Source of the DNA: Cyanophora paradoxa CCMP329
Lineage: Eukaryota > Plantae > Glaucophyta
DNA length: 64,000 nt
Direction of reading: 5' to 3'
Assembly (NCBI GenBank): GCA_004431415.1
Contig: QPMI01000599.1
Location: forward strand, 1 to 64,000
Translations under genes and position numbers: made by a program
Shown: in pieces, positions 60,501 through 64,000 of the stretch
How the letters are laid out: each line of letters opens with the position of its first letter
Numbering within the stretch: the first letter of the stretch is position 1
Notes under the pieces: model-generated
The model's database searches: none
What the model was told of the DNA's origin: nothing
What the model saw: the letters and a program-made list of their open reading frames with translations, nothing else

Positions 60501-63500
60501 GACTGGGTCTCTGGCTGCGTCATCTTCCACCCGCGGTGCGCCGCCGTTCAGGTTGCGCGGTCTAGGTCTGCCGTCCTCACCGCGCGACGGCAGGTCGTGG
60601 GACCTCGCGGCGCCGGACGCCCGCCTGACGGTCGCCATCGAGGAGAGCCGCTTCCTCGGCTGCTCGGGCCCCGGCGGCGCCCTCCGCATCCGTCTCGCCC
60701 GCCGCGTCTTCATCCGCAACGTCGACTTCGTCGGGAACCGCCGCGGTCCGCCCGCCCCGGCCCCACCTCCGAATCCGCTGTGCTCGGCTCTGACCGGCCT
60801 CGCAGTCGGATCGCCGGAGGACTGCCCGTTCCAGAACTTCCTGATGGGGCCCGAGAACGCCAACCTTTACGTGCGCGACCGCGACGCGCAAGAGCGGCTC
60901 GACTCGCGGCCGCCCGCTCTGATCGCCGCGCAGTGCAACACGTACACGCCCGGCGCCGTTATTGCCGGCGGCGGCGCCGTGCAGATCGTGTACAGCACCG
61001 AGGTGGCCGCGCCTCCCGCCCCCTGCCGTCCGGCGATCTCGCTCACGGCCCGCGGCCGTCAGGTCCGCATCGAGGGGTGCACCTTCACGGACAACTTCTC
61101 GGAGCTGCCGAGCGCCTCGCCCGTCCAGGCCGGCTCGTACTACACGCTCGGCGGGGGCGCCGTCCACGTCGAGGTCCGCCCCGCGCAGAGCCGCAGGTCG
61201 CCCCGAGCCGGTCGAGCTCAGGCGCCGCTGCAGATCGCCGAGCTGGTCGCGGTGGACGGGTGCCGCTTCGCGGGCAACGGCAACGGCCTCGGGGCGAGCA
61301 CAGGGGCGCTGCTGGCGGCCTCGCCCGGCGGCGGCGGCGCCATCTCCGTCAAGCGGGCCCAGCTGCTCGTCGTCCGGGGCTCCTCCTTCCTCAACAACTC
61401 GAGCCCGCTCGGCCACGGGGTCCGCGCACCGGCGCTTCCGCCCGCCTTCCGCCGACGCTTGCGCAGGGCGGCGCCTGGCTGGTGGACGGCACCTCCGGTC
61501 TCCTATCAGACCTAACCTTCGATGGCAACTCGGGTGCGATCAATGTCGATTCTCGGAGGGTTGTTTATTAAAAGGCTGTTCGCAGCGCGCCTCGGGGGCG
61601 GGATTTCGTTCGGCGGGTTCGCCTCCCGCGACTACAACGGCATCGCGACCGTCCGCAGCGCCTCCGTCCGTCCCGTGTCCAGGCACTCCGCTTTTCCGTC
61701 TGGCCGCTGAATCCAGGACGCGCAGGTCTACCTCTACAACTCGAGCTTCACGCGGCACCGAGCCGCCAACGCGGACGGCACGGGCGCCGGCGGCGTGCTG
61801 TACGCCGACTCGACCGCCGCTCTCGCCCTCGACGTGCGTTGAGACGTCAATGAAATTGCGATAAGACGATACCGGATATTAGAAAAACAGATGAGAGAAG
61901 AGGGACACTAGTTTTCTTACTCAAAGCCCCGCCTCGCCGCGCGGCAGGTGCGGGACGTGACGATCTCGGGGGCGGTGGCGGACCGCGGCGGGGCGCTCTA
62001 CCTCGCCGCCCCCGCCGTCGCCGTCGCCCAGCGCCTCTCCATGACGGTGCCCCGCTGCCGCCTCTCGCGCCCCGGCCTGCTTTCAGCGCTCAGCTCCTCC
62101 TCTTGGGCAGGACACGCGGGCGCTGCAGAGCGGGGGCGCGCTGTACCTCGCGGGGGGCGTCCTCACCCTCCTCGACTCCACCTCGAACCGCTCCTCGACG
62201 TCGGCGCCCAACGCCCGCGGCGGCTTCGCCCGCGTCACCGACTGCGCCCCGGCCGGCGCGACGGAGGCGACGGTGGCGAGCCCGCTGGTGAACGGCACGG
62301 CGCACGTCCTCTTCCGCGGCGTGCGCGTCTCGGAGAGCGCGGCGACGGGCGAGGGCGGCGCGCTCGCCGTCGACGGGCGCTGCGCGGTCCGCCTCGAGTC
62401 GTCGGCGGTGCTGCACGCGCGGAGCGACGGGTCGGGCGGCGGCGCGTTCGTCTCGTCGGCCCGCCTCGCCCTCGCCCGGGCCGAGTTCGACGGGTGCCGG
62501 ACCCTCTCCGACGGCGGCGCCGTCGCCGTCGAGGGCGACGCCGACCTCGCCGCCGCCGACGCCCGCTTCGCGAACAACGCCGCCGTCCGCCACGCCGCTT
62601 CCTCTTCGATTCTCTTCCAGCCTTCTCGCTGACCTCGAGCTGCAGTCCGGATTCTCGTCGATGGGAGGGGCCGTCGCCATCGCGGCGACCGACGCGTCGC
62701 ACCGGCACACGATGGAGCGCTGCTCGTTCCTCTCCAACGCGGCCACCATCGCCGGGGTCCGACCCCCTTCTCCATTCGCTCTTCCGCCTCTAAGGCGCGT
62801 CTCCGTCCGCAGGGCGCGCTGTTTGTGAGCGGCTCCTCGACCGCCGCCGTGTCCGCCTCGTCCTTCACGTCCAACTCCGCGCCGAGCGGGGTCCGCCCCA
62901 TTCCGCCCCGTGCCGGCTCGCCCTGAGCTCGCCGCCCCGCAGGGCGCCATCGCCGCGACGCACCGCGGCTCGCTCAGCCTCGCCGGCGTGGCGGCCTCTG
63001 AGAACGCGGCGGCGCGGGGCGGGGCCCTCTTCACCGACGACCTCTCCGTCGTCTCCGCCGACGGCGTGACCCTCTCCGCGAACGCCGCCTCCGAGCAGGG
63101 CGGCGGCGCCGCGCTCGCCGGCTCCTCCTCGCTGCTCCTGCGCGCCTCGAGCGTGCGCGGCAACCGCGCCAGCAGCGGGCGCGGCACCGGCAGCGGCGCG
63201 GGGCTCCACGTCTCGGGCGCCGCATGCGCGACCGTCGCGACCTCCTCGTTCGCCTCCAACTCCGCCGCGTGCGCCCTGTCCCACGTATCTATCTGTTCGT
63301 GAACGTTACTGAGAGCGGCCGCAGCGAGCGCGGCGGGGGCGCGCTGGTGCAGACGACGTGCGAGTCCGTCTCGTTCGAGGGCGGGTCGATCTCGGGCAAC
63401 GCGGCGGGCGCCATGGCCGGCGGGCTCTGCGTCGAGGCGGGCGGCGTGCGCGCCGCCGGCGTCGCCGTGTCGGACAACACCGCGCCGGAGGGCGCCGGCG

Positions 63501-64000
63501 TGCACCTTCGCGGCGGCTCGCTGCGGCTTTTCGGCGGATCCGTCTCGGCCAACCGCGCCGCCAAGTCCGGCGGCGGCCTCTACTACTCGGCGCCGTCGAC
63601 GGGCTCCACGGCCTGGGCGCGCCTGGAGGTGAACGGGACCGCGCTGGACGGCAACGCGGCCCTCTCGGGCGGCGCCGCGTACGTCGCGCTGCCGCCCGGC
63701 TGCGAGAGCCTCGCGCTCGCGCCCTCCTCCGTCGCCGGCAACGTCGCCTCCGCGGGCGGCGGCGGGGCCTTCTTCGTGTCGGACGCCGCCCCGCTCCGCT
63801 GCCCCGCCCTCTCCGCCCCGTCCTGCGCCGCCCGCTACTGGAACAACACCGCGACGTACGGCAGGTCCGCATTCCCCGCCTCCCGGCCCCCCGGGCCCCG
63901 ACGCCGACGCCGGCTGAGGCCGCCGGGTTCGGCGCGGCAGCGCGTGCGCGACGGAGGAGAAGTCGATGCGGGCGCGGCTGCTAACGGCGCAGGCGGCCTC
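54583..64000 (+). CDS. 5' part of a very large secreted or surface protein: signal peptide, several CUB-like domains, EGF, Cys-rich motif, DUF1565-like cap and parallel beta-helix (GGA[I/L/V]) repeats; continues beyond the window
   Basis: Signal MEHVGVVASSLLLALSLTLLNAPSAVRA; CUB-like LTADAGTITDG...YVNGMSCSWLV...FSTQPGDVVTVY..VTFASDGTGVAGGFEASY; EGF CSGHGKCVRGSCQCDPGFQGENC; VLYVSPVGSDVAGDG..SPFATL; many GGAV/GGAI/GGAL and FxxN motifs. Confidence 0.8.

Noticed and set aside
1-64000. Hundreds of long Arg/Gly/Pro/Ala-rich ORFs in the six-frame track
   Set aside because: They are by-products of very high GC, stop-free short introns and antisense frames. Real proteins appear only after splicing.

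Overview
Eukaryotic, very GC-rich, intron-dense genomic DNA, probably from a protist or alga. A glaucophyte such as Cyanophora is a guess from composition only. Most of the supplied ORFs are artefacts of GC-rich intron and antisense frames, so I rebuilt the genes by hand across 50-95 nt introns. Genes in order: 3' part of a TPR protein (+); a CPBP/Abi (CAAX protease II-like) membrane protease (-); a large protein with four tandem copies of an unrecognised domain, a coiled coil and an IAP-type RING (+); an internally duplicated nucleoredoxin (-); an F-box/LRR protein (-); an ADP-forming acetate-CoA ligase fused to a degenerate GNAT domain, with an organellar-type presequence and about 35 introns (+); a kelch/IPT type-I membrane protein (+); a cyclin A/B (-); an atypical Hsp70 (-); an NTF2-like protein (+); and the 5' part of a giant secreted CUB/EGF/beta-helix protein (+). 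A repeat-rich block (30.4-37.0 kb) holds a 4.6-kb segment bounded by a 31-bp inverted repeat, an internal ~1-kb imperfect hairpin and a TA-flanked MITE. The most notable signals are the 1-kb hairpin with clustered mismatches, the unusual splice grammar (GC-AG donors in 6 of ~35 introns of one gene, G[T/C]SCGC donors, a candidate 3-nt microexon), window-wide self-complementary 6-bp-period microrepeats that suggest a palindrome-generating mutational process, and a captured gene fragment between direct repeats. Exon boundaries and alignments were read by eye and have not been confirmed computationally.
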